Shown one piece after another: positions 49,999 through 58,087 of a stretch of 64,000 nt of DNA (position 1 is its first letter; each line of letters starts with the position of its first letter). The notes under the pieces are model-generated. The model was not told the origin of the DNA. It did no database searches and saw only the letters and a list, made by a program, of their open reading frames with translations. The position numbers and the translations under genes are program-made. This stretch comes from an uncultured Acidobacteriota bacterium. Its GTDB lineage: Bacteria > Acidobacteriota > Vicinamibacteria > Vicinamibacterales > 2-12-FULL-66-21. The stretch is from assembly GCA_963804245.1 (NCBI GenBank), contig CAWDPQ010000006.1, forward strand, positions 106,643-170,642, written 5' to 3'.

Positions 49999-50964
49999 TC
50001 AGTCGGCGCTCACCTCGACAATCGGTGAGCGCAGCGGGGGCAGGATGCCCTCGATCGCCGCGCGCTGCGCCTCCAGCCACGGCGGCAGCACCAGCGTCTC
50101 GCCGAGATGTTCCGGATCCTCGTCGACGCTGAAACCCGGACCATCCGTCGCCAACTCGAAAAGTACGCCGCCGGGTTCGAGAAAATAGACGGAACGAAAC
50201 CAGAAACGGTCGATGACCGGCGTGGGCCGACGTCCGGCATCCTCGACCTGCTCTCGAACGTCGAGCTGGTGTGCCTCATCCTCCACTCGCCAGGCGAGAT
50301 GATGAATGCTGCCGACGCCCCACGCGCCGCGCCGTGCGGAGGGAGCGGCCTGGATATCCACGTACGAACCCGACGCGCCCCCGTTGATGCCGTAGCGCTG
50401 CCACGATCCTTCGGTCGCGATCGGCTCGAAGCCGAGCACGGTCGTCAGGAACGATGCGGTCAGCGTCACGTCACGCTCCAACAGCCTGGCGCTCTCGAGG
50501 CCACGAATCTGACGGTCGACCGGCACCGGGCTTCCGCTCCACGGCGTGAAGTCGCGCGCCAGTGCGCTGGCGCTCTCGACGAGGGCCACTCGCAGACCGT
50601 GCGGGTCGACCAACGGCAGCGCGCGATGTCCGAATCGCTGCTCGCGTGCTTCGACCGTCGCGCCGTAGCGGGTGAGTCGCCGCTCCCAGAAATCGATCGA
50701 GTCCGGCGGCACGGCAAGCGACACCTCCACGCTCAAACCATGGCCGTCGCTGCGGGGCGCCATCCGGGCCCACGGGAAGAACGTCAGATCGCTGCCCGGA
50801 TGTCCAGCCGCATCGGCGTAGAAGAGGTGATAGGTCCCGGGATCGTCCTGGTTCACGCTCTTCTTGACGAGCCGCATCCCGAGCACGCCCGCGTAGAAGT
50901 CAAGGTTCTCCTGAGCGGGTCCGGCGATCGCCGTCACATGATGCAGCCCGCCGACGCTTCGCAT
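49999..50964 (-). CDS. Ring-cleaving dioxygenase (two-domain VOC/glyoxalase family, MhqO/YfiE-like)
   Basis: GLHHVTAIAGPAQENLDFYAGVLGMRLVKKSVNQDDPGTYHLFYADAAGHPGSDLTFFPW, and a second domain with IHHLAWRVEDE...RFWFRSVYFLEPGGVLFELATD. Confidence 0.8.
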   Translation of the reverse strand: MRSVGGLHHVTAIAGPAQENLDFYAGVLGMRLVKKSVNQDDPGTYHLFYADAAGHPGSDLTFFPWARMAPRSDGHGLSVEVSLAVPPDSIDFWERRLTRYGATVEAREQRFGHRALPLVDPHGLRVALVESASALARDFTPWSGSPVPVDRQIRGLESARLLERDVTLTASFLTTVLGFEPIATEGSWQRYGINGGASGSYVDIQAAPSARRGAWGVGSIHHLAWRVEDEAHQLDVREQVEDAGRRPTPVIDRFWFRSVYFLEPGGVLFELATDGPGFSVDEDPEHLGETLVLPPWLEAQRAAIEGILPPLRSPIVEVSAD

Positions 50965-50990
50965 GGGGTATCTCCAGTTGTTACATGCAC

Positions 50991-51011
50991 GCCCGCCCTA
51001 AAAGGGCGGGC
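50991..51011. other. Perfect 8-bp GC hairpin in a divergent promoter region
   Basis: GCCCGCCC-TAAAA-GGGCGGGC lies between the dioxygenase start (50964) and the heptad array. No flanking T run on either strand. Confidence 0.5.
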
Positions 51012-51023
51012 CTACGAAGAAGA

Positions 51024-51061
51024 CGACTAGCGACGACTAACGACTAACGACTAACGACTTC
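51024..51061 (+). repeat. (CGACTAA)n heptad array, locus A
   Basis: cgactag-cga-cgactaa cgactaa cgactaa cgacttc, followed by AAGTATCTCC. It lies upstream of and co-oriented with the DinB-family gene. Confidence 0.8.
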
Positions 51062-51147
51062 AAGTATCTCCAATTATGTGACGAACTCCGCCTGCTGCGG
51101 GACGAGGCGTGTTGACCGCGCGTGGCCGTTCCCACATCATTTCGAGC

Positions 51148-51741
51148 ATGCGGAAACTCATCGGTGCGGTGACGATTCTCCTCGTCTTTTCTTCATCGGG
51201 CTGGGCCCAAGGCCTGAAGGAAGGAGATCGGCAGCGACTCCTCGCTCATCTGGACATGACGGAAGCCTGGCTCGTCAGCGAGCTCGATGCCCTGTCGCCC
51301 GATCAGCTGAGTTTTCACATGACGCCCGAGAGCTGGAGCATCCTCGAAGTCGTCGAGCACCTCGTCATCGCCGAACCTCAATACTGGCAGCAAGCGCTGA
51401 ACTCGATGAAGCAAGCGCCGGCCGGCAAGAAGCCTGAAGCGACCGACGCAGGCATCCTCTGGTATGGCATCGATCGCACGAACCGCCAGAAGACGGGCGA
51501 GGCGCGTGTACCGAAGGGCAAGTTGTCGGACATCCGGAGCTCGCTCGCCGAGTTTCGGAAACTTCGCAAAACCATTCGCGAGTATGCGGCGACGACGACG
51601 GAAGATCCGCGATCGCGCATGCTGCTCGAAGGAAACATGGACGTGTATCAGTGGCTGCTGATGATCTCGACGCACTCGCAGCGCCACATCCTGCAAATCC
51701 GTGAGATCAAGGCAGACGCGTCATATCCTCGCCTGAGATAG
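51148..51741 (+). CDS. DinB-family protein, exported
   Basis: MRKLIGAVTILLVFSSSGWAQG signal. DinB_2-like histidines appear in WSILEVVEHLVIAE and LMISTHSQRHILQIREI. Confidence 0.75.
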   Translation: MRKLIGAVTILLVFSSSGWAQGLKEGDRQRLLAHLDMTEAWLVSELDALSPDQLSFHMTPESWSILEVVEHLVIAEPQYWQQALNSMKQAPAGKKPEATDAGILWYGIDRTNRQKTGEARVPKGKLSDIRSSLAEFRKLRKTIREYAATTTEDPRSRMLLEGNMDVYQWLLMISTHSQRHILQIREIKADASYPRLR

Positions 51742-51863
51742 CTGCCGCCGTGCTATGCTGGCGGCGATGACAGCCGCCGCCCGATCCCACCGATCGCTTG
51801 CGCCGGTTTCGACCGGCGCTTTTGGTGTACGGGCCCAGCGCGTTCACATATAAGGAGGACGGA

Positions 51864-52100
51864 ATGGCGAGCCGGCCAAAAGTCACGCAACAGAAGCGGG
51901 CGCGCGAGCGCGCGCGGCAGGAACGCCAGCAGGAAAAGGTCCGCCGCCGCGAGGAGAACAAAGTTCGTCGCGCCAATACACCCGGTGGCGCCGGCGGCGG
52001 AGAAGATCCTGACATCGCCGGCATCATCCCCGGTCCCCAGCCGAGCCCGTGGGGCGACGAGCTCAACGAGGACAAGGACGAAGAGGAAGGCACCACTTAG
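51864..52100 (+). CDS. Small highly charged hypothetical protein (78 aa)
   Basis: TAAGGAGGACGGA precedes the ATG. MASRPKVTQQKRARERARQERQQEKVRRREENKVRR is followed by a Gly/Pro and acidic tail (DELNEDKDEEEGTT). Its stop overlaps the ADOP pseudogene stop tail to tail. Confidence 0.5.
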   Translation: MASRPKVTQQKRARERARQERQQEKVRRREENKVRRANTPGGAGGGEDPDIAGIIPGPQPSPWGDELNEDKDEEEGTT

Positions 52101-54556
52101 TCGGCGCGCAAGGCCGCGTGGGGATCGAGCCGCACGGCTCTCCGCGCCGGCAACGCGCTGGCGAAGAACGTCACGACGACCAGGGATGAGTGCGACAAGA
52201 GCGTAGGTTCCCGGATCCGTTGCCCGTGTCTGAAACAGCTGCGCTTCGAGCGAACGTCCCGCCACAATCGCACCCGCAACTCCGACCAGTAACCCCACTC
52301 CGACGAGCGTCAAACTATTTCGGACGACCAGGCGTGTGACGGTTCCCGGCGTCGCACCGAGCGCGAGCCGCACGGCGATTTCGCGGCGGCTCAGACCGAC
52401 CACGTAGGCCACCAGCCCATACAGTCCGATCGCTGCCAGCAGGAGAGTGCCACCGCTGAACACGGCCAGGAGCATGGCTCCGAAAGTCGCGGTGGCAGTT
52501 TGCTCGGCGACGGCGTCCTGTGAGCGCTGCACTCGATAGATCGGGATGGCTGCGTCGACGGCGGAGACGGCCGTCTGCAGCGAGGCAATCGAAATCGGCG
52601 ATCCGTCGGACGAGCGGACGGCGAATTCGAGATCGGCGTCGGTGCGCTGGCCGAACGGAAAGAAGATGTCGGGCTCGGCGCCGGGACCGGCAACGTCGAC
52701 TATCAGACTTCGAAAGCGCGCGTCGGCGACCACGCCAACGATTTCTGCGACTTCGGCGCCTGCGGGCCGCCCCAACCGGAATCGGCGCCCAACGGCATCG
52801 TCGCCTTCGACCAGATGCGACGTGCGCCGCTCTGCGATAATGATCGCCACGAGCGGCCGTCCTGCGCGATCGTCCGACGGTGAACTGTCGGCCACGAAGC
52901 AGCGGCATCGAAAGCGTCCGGAAATAGTCGGGCGTCACGTAATGGCGGTAGTAGCCGCACCGACTCTTTCCGGATCGCCATCCGGCGTCAACGAACTCGC
53001 GCTCGAGCTGCCGGTGAATGGCAGATCCGAGCCGATGGCCACATCAGCGACGAGAGGCTGTCGTCGCAATGCTCTTTTCGAGACGCGCCACGAATGTCGG
53101 TCGTTGTTCCGCCGAGTAGCGCGACCGTCGGCAGCGTCAGCCTGGCGGCGGTCACGCCATCGGGGTTGAAGCCGACGCGTACCTCCAGTTGACGTTGCAG
53201 GCTCCGCGCCATCAAGCCCGCCGGCCGTCAACAGCGTCATGGCGAGCGCCATTTCTCCGACGATGAGCAGTTGTTGCGTCGACGGGACGACGCAGGCTGC
53301 CGAGACCTGCTGGATGATGCGCGGCCACCCGTACGGATCGCCAGCGCCAGATCGCGTTCGCGCGCAGCGGCGACCGGCACGATCGCGACCAGCACCGCGA
53401 CAGCGCAGGTGATGATGGATGCGTAAGATGACAGCACACGCGGATCGACCTGGGCGACGACGTGGCGCGGCAGCGCTCCGTCGGGAACGACAGCGAGCGC
53501 GGCGGCGGTTCCCCACGCCGCAACGAGCGCGCCCACGACTCCGGCCGACAGCCGCCAGCACGAACGACTCGACGAGCAGTTGACGCAGCACATGCCATCG
53601 CCGTGCGCCGAGCGCCGCACGAACGGCAAGCTCACGGCGGCGCGCCGTCGTTCGTGCCAGCTGCAGACTGGCCACGTTGGCGCACGAGACCAGCAGAAAC
53701 AACAACACCGCCGTGAAAGAGCGTGAACGATCAGCGCGCCGTCGAACCGAGCAGGGCGTCCTTCATCGGAACGATCAGCACGCCGCGCTGACGGTTCGTG
53801 TCGGGGTACTGCCGTTCGAGTTGGGCAGCAACACGCGTCATATCGTCCTGCGCCTGCGCGAACGATACGCCGTCGCGCAGCCGTCCGAGCGCACCGACAG
53901 CCATCGGTTGCCGCGGTCCTTCACGACGTTCGGATTCGTGCTCGTCAGCGACACCATCATCGAAGGCACCCAGAGATCGGCGTCGAACGAAAGGCCGGCA
54001 AATCCGGGTGGCATCACGCCGACGATCGAGCACGTCCGCTCGTTCAACACGATCGGACGGTCCAGGATGTCGGTCGGCCGCGCCGAATCGCTCACGCCAC
54101 AGTCTGTCACTGATGATCGCAACCGGCTGCTCGTCGGGAACGCGATCGTCGTCCGCACGGAACGTGCGACCCAGCGCGGCGCGTGCGCCGAGCAAATCGA
54201 AGATAACCAGCCGACACCAGCTCCGATTCCACGCGGATCGCCTCCGTGCCGAGACGGAGATTCAGCGACGTATCGTCGTAAAGGGCGATGTCGGCGAACG
54301 TGCGGTTCATCGCGCGCCAGTCGCGCACTTCAGGGAACGAACCGCCACGAATCGCGCGCTGCGGTCCGGCAACACCCCACAGCATCGCCAGTCGATCCGA
54401 CTTCTCGAACGGGAGTGGCCGGAGCAGCGCCGAATCCACCAGGCTGAACATCATCGTGCTGGCGCCGATCCCCAGCGCGAGCGTGAGAATCACTGAGACG
54501 GCAAAGCCCGGACGCTGGATGAGCGAACGAGTCGCGACGCGGAGGTCGTGGATCAT
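52097..54556 (-). pseudogene. Second ADOP-family duplicated permease, broken by about a dozen frame changes
   Basis: Colinear ADOP sequence can be followed only by hopping between all three frames. The pieces include MIHDLRVATRSLIQRPGFAVSVILTLALGIGASTMMFSLVDSALLRPLPF, LGARAALGRTFR...ISDRLWRERFG, ILDRPIVLNERTCSIVGVMPPGF and RLRDGVSFAQAQDDM...QYPDTN. Further pieces are [78 protein letters not shown] and LPARRAVRLDPHAALRAD. Confidence 0.8.
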
Positions 54557-54646
54557 GGCGGGTGAACGGAGCACCGCCGGTGCCAGCAGGAAAAACCACT
54601 GAATACAGGGATTTACGGGACTAGCGCCTGGACAAGCCGTCCGATG

Positions 54647-54688
54647 GTGAACAGGAGATGTTCACGGGCGGGCAGTCAGCCCGCCCGT
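54647..54688 (-). terminator. Two adjacent hairpins downstream of the lmo0937-like gene
   Basis: GTGAACA-ggaga-TGTTCAC overlaps ACGGGCGGGC-agtca-GCCCGCCCGT (perfect 10-bp stem). No clear U tract, so terminator function is tentative. Confidence 0.35.
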
Positions 54689-54752
54689 CGCCGAGGTTCA
54701 TGGATGGAGGGGCGGGGACCAGGACCTCGCCTCAGCCCCTCCACCCGGTTAC

Positions 54753-54902
54753 CTAAACGGTTCGACGTCCGCTGACGAGGCCGACGACGAACAGCACCAG
54801 CGCGATCACGAGCAGCACATAGATGAAGTTGCCCATGGTGTACCCGCTGACCAGTCCGAGCAGCCATAACACCAGCAGAATCACCGCAATGGTAAAAAGC
54901 AT
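54753..54902 (-). CDS. lmo0937-family small membrane protein (49 aa)
   Basis: GGAGGG lies 8 nt upstream of the ATG at 54902. MLFTIAVILLVLWLLGLVSGYTMGNFIYVLLVIALVLFVVGLVSGRR matches the family pattern as I recall it. Confidence 0.7.
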   Translation of the reverse strand: MLFTIAVILLVLWLLGLVSGYTMGNFIYVLLVIALVLFVVGLVSGRRTV

Positions 54903-55072
54903 CGTTACCGCCCTCCTGCCCTCCCAAGAGAGCACAACGTATGCCGCCGCCAAGTGACTCATAAGCCGTGATGTAACCCATCAGCGGGCATGGAGTGTGT
55001 CGTGGACTTCCACCTGTGAGTCGGTGCCGGTTGAGTTTGTGTTGCTTCTCAACCCGCCCGGAGGTCAAAGAC

Positions 55073-55921
55073 TCAGGTGTCCTCGCGCTCGAGGGTGACT
55101 TCGACGACGCCGACCGGCTCTTCCACGGCCACGAAGAGTTCGTCCGCGTTTTCCACGTTCGCGTGAAACAGATCGACCGGCCGATAGGGCCGCTCGTGCA
55201 TCGCCAGCGACACCACGGAGATTTCCGGATACGACGCCAGCAGGACATCGCCAATCGCGTACAGCGTGTACTGCACCGATCGGCTGGCGTGCAGCGCCAT
55301 GGTCTCGACGACGACGCTCCTGACGCCTTGCCGATATGCGCCAAACGTCACGTCCGGCGTGCTGTAGGTCCATCGGATGGTCAGCGCGCCCACCACCAGA
55401 GGGGCAAGGCCCTCATCGCCCGCAGCCTCCACCGTGGGACGCGGTCGCGAGGGGATGAACCCCGATGTCCGCATCACGGTCAGATTGTCGATGCTGGAGA
55501 CGACGGCGATCTGCGTGCCGTTGCTGGTGATGGCGGCGCCGCGCTGCTCGGGGCCACCTAGAAGGAAGGCTTGTCCCTGCGCCTTGCCGCCGACTTCCAT
55601 GCGAAGCCACGGCTGTTCGCTGACCTCGGCGCGGACTTTCGTGATCTGCGGGTGGGTCTCCAGCAGCTGGCGGCACAACTCGAGACCGAAGGCCTCGATT
55701 TCGCCGGTCGCATGCTGTCGCGCAGACGTGTGGACGAGGTTCTTCAGCGCTTCGCCGGGGATCACCCCGCCCGGACGGCCTTCGCGAAATGCGCCGGAGA
55801 AATCCCCTTCGAACCGCAGCGAAACCGTGAGATCGCGCGGATCGTGCCGATCGCCACGGCGAACGAGACGCAGCATGCGGACGCGGGATTCCCCGTGTGC
55901 GCTCCCGCCGATGTGGGGCAT
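55073..55921 (-). CDS. Urate oxidase (factor-independent urate hydroxylase)-like protein
   Basis: HGESRVRMLRLVRRGDRHDPRDLTVSLRFEGDF... The two-T-fold layout and NLTVMRTSGF resemble uricase signatures. I verified the frame codon by codon over the whole gene. Confidence 0.65.
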   Translation of the reverse strand: MPHIGGSAHGESRVRMLRLVRRGDRHDPRDLTVSLRFEGDFSGAFREGRPGGVIPGEALKNLVHTSARQHATGEIEAFGLELCRQLLETHPQITKVRAEVSEQPWLRMEVGGKAQGQAFLLGGPEQRGAAITSNGTQIAVVSSIDNLTVMRTSGFIPSRPRPTVEAAGDEGLAPLVVGALTIRWTYSTPDVTFGAYRQGVRSVVVETMALHASRSVQYTLYAIGDVLLASYPEISVVSLAMHERPYRPVDLFHANVENADELFVAVEEPVGVVEVTLEREDT

Positions 55922-55923
55922 GT

Positions 55924-55973
55924 CAGTCGCTAGTCGTTAGTCGTTAGTCGTTTAGTCGTGAGTCGTTAGTCGT
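55924..55973 (-). repeat. (ACGACTA)n heptad array, locus B (7 units)
   Basis: The plus strand reads cagtcgc tagtcgt tagtcgt tagtcgt t tagtcgt gagtcgt tagtcgt. On the minus strand it is (ACGACTA)n, ending 2 nt before the uricase ATG. Confidence 0.8.
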
Positions 55974-56024
55974 GAAAGGCTCGCGGGCGGGCGACGGTGT
56001 CAGCCAGTATAATTGTTGTTTCCA

Positions 56025-56297
56025 ATGATCGTCGCAAAGCGCATCGTGATCGCCGGGCGTGTGCAGGGAGTCGGGTTCCGGTTTTTCGCCGAGGCGCAGG
56101 CCGCCGTGGAAGGAGTTCACGGCTACGTGAGCAATCTGCCGGACGGCCGCGTCGAAGTGCTCGTTGAAGGAGACGACGAGTCCGTGGAGCGCGTGGAGCG
56201 AGCGCTGCGCCGTGGTCCCGCCGGGGCGCGTGTGGAGTCGTTCGTCGTCGAAGCGGTACCTCCGTCCGGGCGCGCGACGGGGTTCTCGATCAGGTGA
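56025..56297 (+). CDS. acyP: Acylphosphatase
   Basis: [41 protein letters not shown] is the classic acylphosphatase signature. A TATAAT at 56008-56013 lies 11 nt upstream of the ATG. Confidence 0.85.
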   Translation: MIVAKRIVIAGRVQGVGFRFFAEAQAAVEGVHGYVSNLPDGRVEVLVEGDDESVERVERALRRGPAGARVESFVVEAVPPSGRATGFSIR

Positions 56298-56316
56298 GCG
56301 CGCGGAAGGGTCTCGC

Positions 56317-56832
56317 ATGGACGCTTTGAAATCACGCATCCGACACGTCCCTGATTTTCCCAAGCCGGGGATTCTGTTCTACGACGTCACGACGCTGTTA
56401 CGTGACCCCGAGGGGTTCCGACTGGCCATCGACAGCATGGCGACGCCATTCAAGGATCAGAAGATCGATGTGGTGGTGGGCATCGAGAGCCGAGGCTTCA
56501 TTCTCGGGGGCGCGGTGGCCGATCGCATCGGCGCCGGTTTCGTGCCGGTTCGCAAATTGGGCAAGCTGCCGTCTCATACGATTAAGGCCAGCTATGCCCT
56601 GGAGTACGGCACCGATAGCCTCGAGATGCACAAAGACGGCGTCGAACCGGGGCAGCGGGTGCTCATCGTCGACGACCTTCTGGCGACCGGGGGAACCGCT
56701 CGTGCCACCGTTGACCTGGTCAAGCAGCTCGAGGGGGTCGTCGAAGGAGTCGCCCTCCTCATCGAGCTGGTGGCGCTGAACGGCAGGAGCCGGCTGACGG
56801 GTGAAAAGGTCACGGCGGTTCTGCAGTATTAG
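56317..56832 (+). CDS. apt: Adenine phosphoribosyltransferase
   Basis: [21 protein letters not shown]...[16 protein letters not shown]...[16 protein letters not shown] (PRPP-binding motif). Confidence 0.9.
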   Translation: MDALKSRIRHVPDFPKPGILFYDVTTLLRDPEGFRLAIDSMATPFKDQKIDVVVGIESRGFILGGAVADRIGAGFVPVRKLGKLPSHTIKASYALEYGTDSLEMHKDGVEPGQRVLIVDDLLATGGTARATVDLVKQLEGVVEGVALLIELVALNGRSRLTGEKVTAVLQY

Positions 56833-56842
56833 AATGATGGGT

Positions 56843-56876
56843 TTGCGCGCCCGTAGCTCAGCATCGAGCATGGTTA
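56843..56876 (+). repeat. Degenerate copy of the tRNA-Arg 5-prime half (direct repeat of 60118-60153)
   Basis: TTGCGCGCCCGTAGCTCAGCA (21/21 identical to 60118-60138, including 4 nt upstream of the tRNA). After that only GAGCAT and GGTT are shared. No anticodon arm or 3-prime acceptor strand. Confidence 0.7.
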
Positions 56877-57981
56877 GAGGCCGAATGTGCGCCGCAGCTT
56901 CAGAAGATTTCTGGAACCATCTCGGCCTGCGGCAACGTCCCGATAGAGCTGGAGAAGATCTCCGAGCGCTGTTCCCGTCTGGCCGCTCCCGTCGTAATGG
57001 CCGGCGACCACCGGTGAGCTGGGCGCTCATTTTGGCCCGCAGATCACGGACGTCGCCGGCAGCGAATACGGTGACCCCCGGCGGCCTCGGCGTCGCATCG
57101 CTCGCGATAACCGGGACGCCAAGAGCAACCGCCTCGCGCACCGAGATTGCGTCGCCATCCGCGAACGTCGACCTGACGACGAGATCAGCGGCGCCGAGCA
57201 GCGACAGGCATCGTGGATGATCCACCTCGCCCAGCACAACGGCATGGTCCGCAAGTCGCTTTCGCTCAATCAGGCCCGTCAATGTGGTCCCCACCTTCCA
57301 GCCCACGAACACGATACCCACGCGCGGGATCGAGCTCACCAGGCCTTCGACCGCGTCCAGCACCAGCGGCAACCCCAATTCCGGGTCCGCGTCGCCGCCT
57401 CCCACAGCCACAATCAAGGGGTCGAAAGACTCGAGCCTTTCCGCATCGTCAGCCGATAGTGCGGTCACAGGAGGCACACCGAGGAACGCAGCCAGCACTC
57501 GCAGTCTGATGGGTTGTACGCCCAGATGCCGCACTGCCTGCGCGATGTCGTCGTTCACGCACACGATGCGCTGGTACGGCGAAAGAGCTTCCCGAGCAAG
57601 ACGACGGTCCAGGAAACCGAGCGACGCGACGAAGCGCGGGAAGAGACCCGAATGTATTGTGAGAATTGCTCGCGCACGCCGAAGCCGCGCGACCTGTCCG
57701 AACCCGCAGATATACGACCAGCTTCCTCGATTGTGGCCGTTCGCGTGCAGGTGGAACAGCGTGGACGCGTCGAGCTGCTGCCACAGGCGGTAGAGGAGCC
57801 GCAATCGGCTCCGATCACTTATGTACTCGTCGCTGAGCGCGGCATCGCGGCTGATGTTGATCACTTGGACGCGTGCGCCTTCAGCGCGCAACAGAGCGGC
57901 CAACTGCAGCATGTGCACGGACTCGCCGGCGAATGGCGGCGGATAGAACCCCCCGAGAACGACTCGTAGCGGAGCGACCAT
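56874..57981 (-). CDS. Glycosyltransferase (GT4/GT1-fold); frameshift near 57010
   Basis: LRVVLGGFYPPPFAGESVHMLQLAALLRAEG...ADLVVRSTFADGDAISVREAVALGVPVIASD. The track ORF runs on antisense through apt. A +1 switch after AQLTGG gives VAGHYDGSGQTGTALGDLLQLYRDVAAGRDGSRNLLKLRRTFGL and a stop at 56874, inside the tRNA fragment. Confidence 0.65.
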
Positions 57982-58087
57982 GCTTCGCGTTTCCTCCTAG
58001 CGTGCCAAGTCGGTCTCGTCGGTTGCCCTCGAGCGGTGGTCTGATCTACACGGGAGCGGCGACAGTATACTAACGACCCTCGAGTCT

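Noticed and set aside
51036-51069. Mini-ORF (TTG-AAG-TCG-TTA-GTC-GTT-AGT-CGT-TAG, MKSLVVSR) as a leader peptide for an attenuator
   Set aside because: The reading frame is merely the heptad repeat read in phase. The following hairpin has no U tract, and the same reading does not hold at locus B.
56398-56873. Extension of the glycosyltransferase ORF through the tRNA fragment and antisense across apt
   Set aside because: apt is unambiguous on the other strand. A +1 switch near 57010 gives sensible sequence and a stop at 56874, so the extension is a read-through artefact of a frame break.
56847-56920. A second functional tRNA gene after apt
   Set aside because: Only the acceptor 5-prime strand and D-arm are present. 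No anticodon stem pairing, T arm or 3-prime acceptor strand can be formed.
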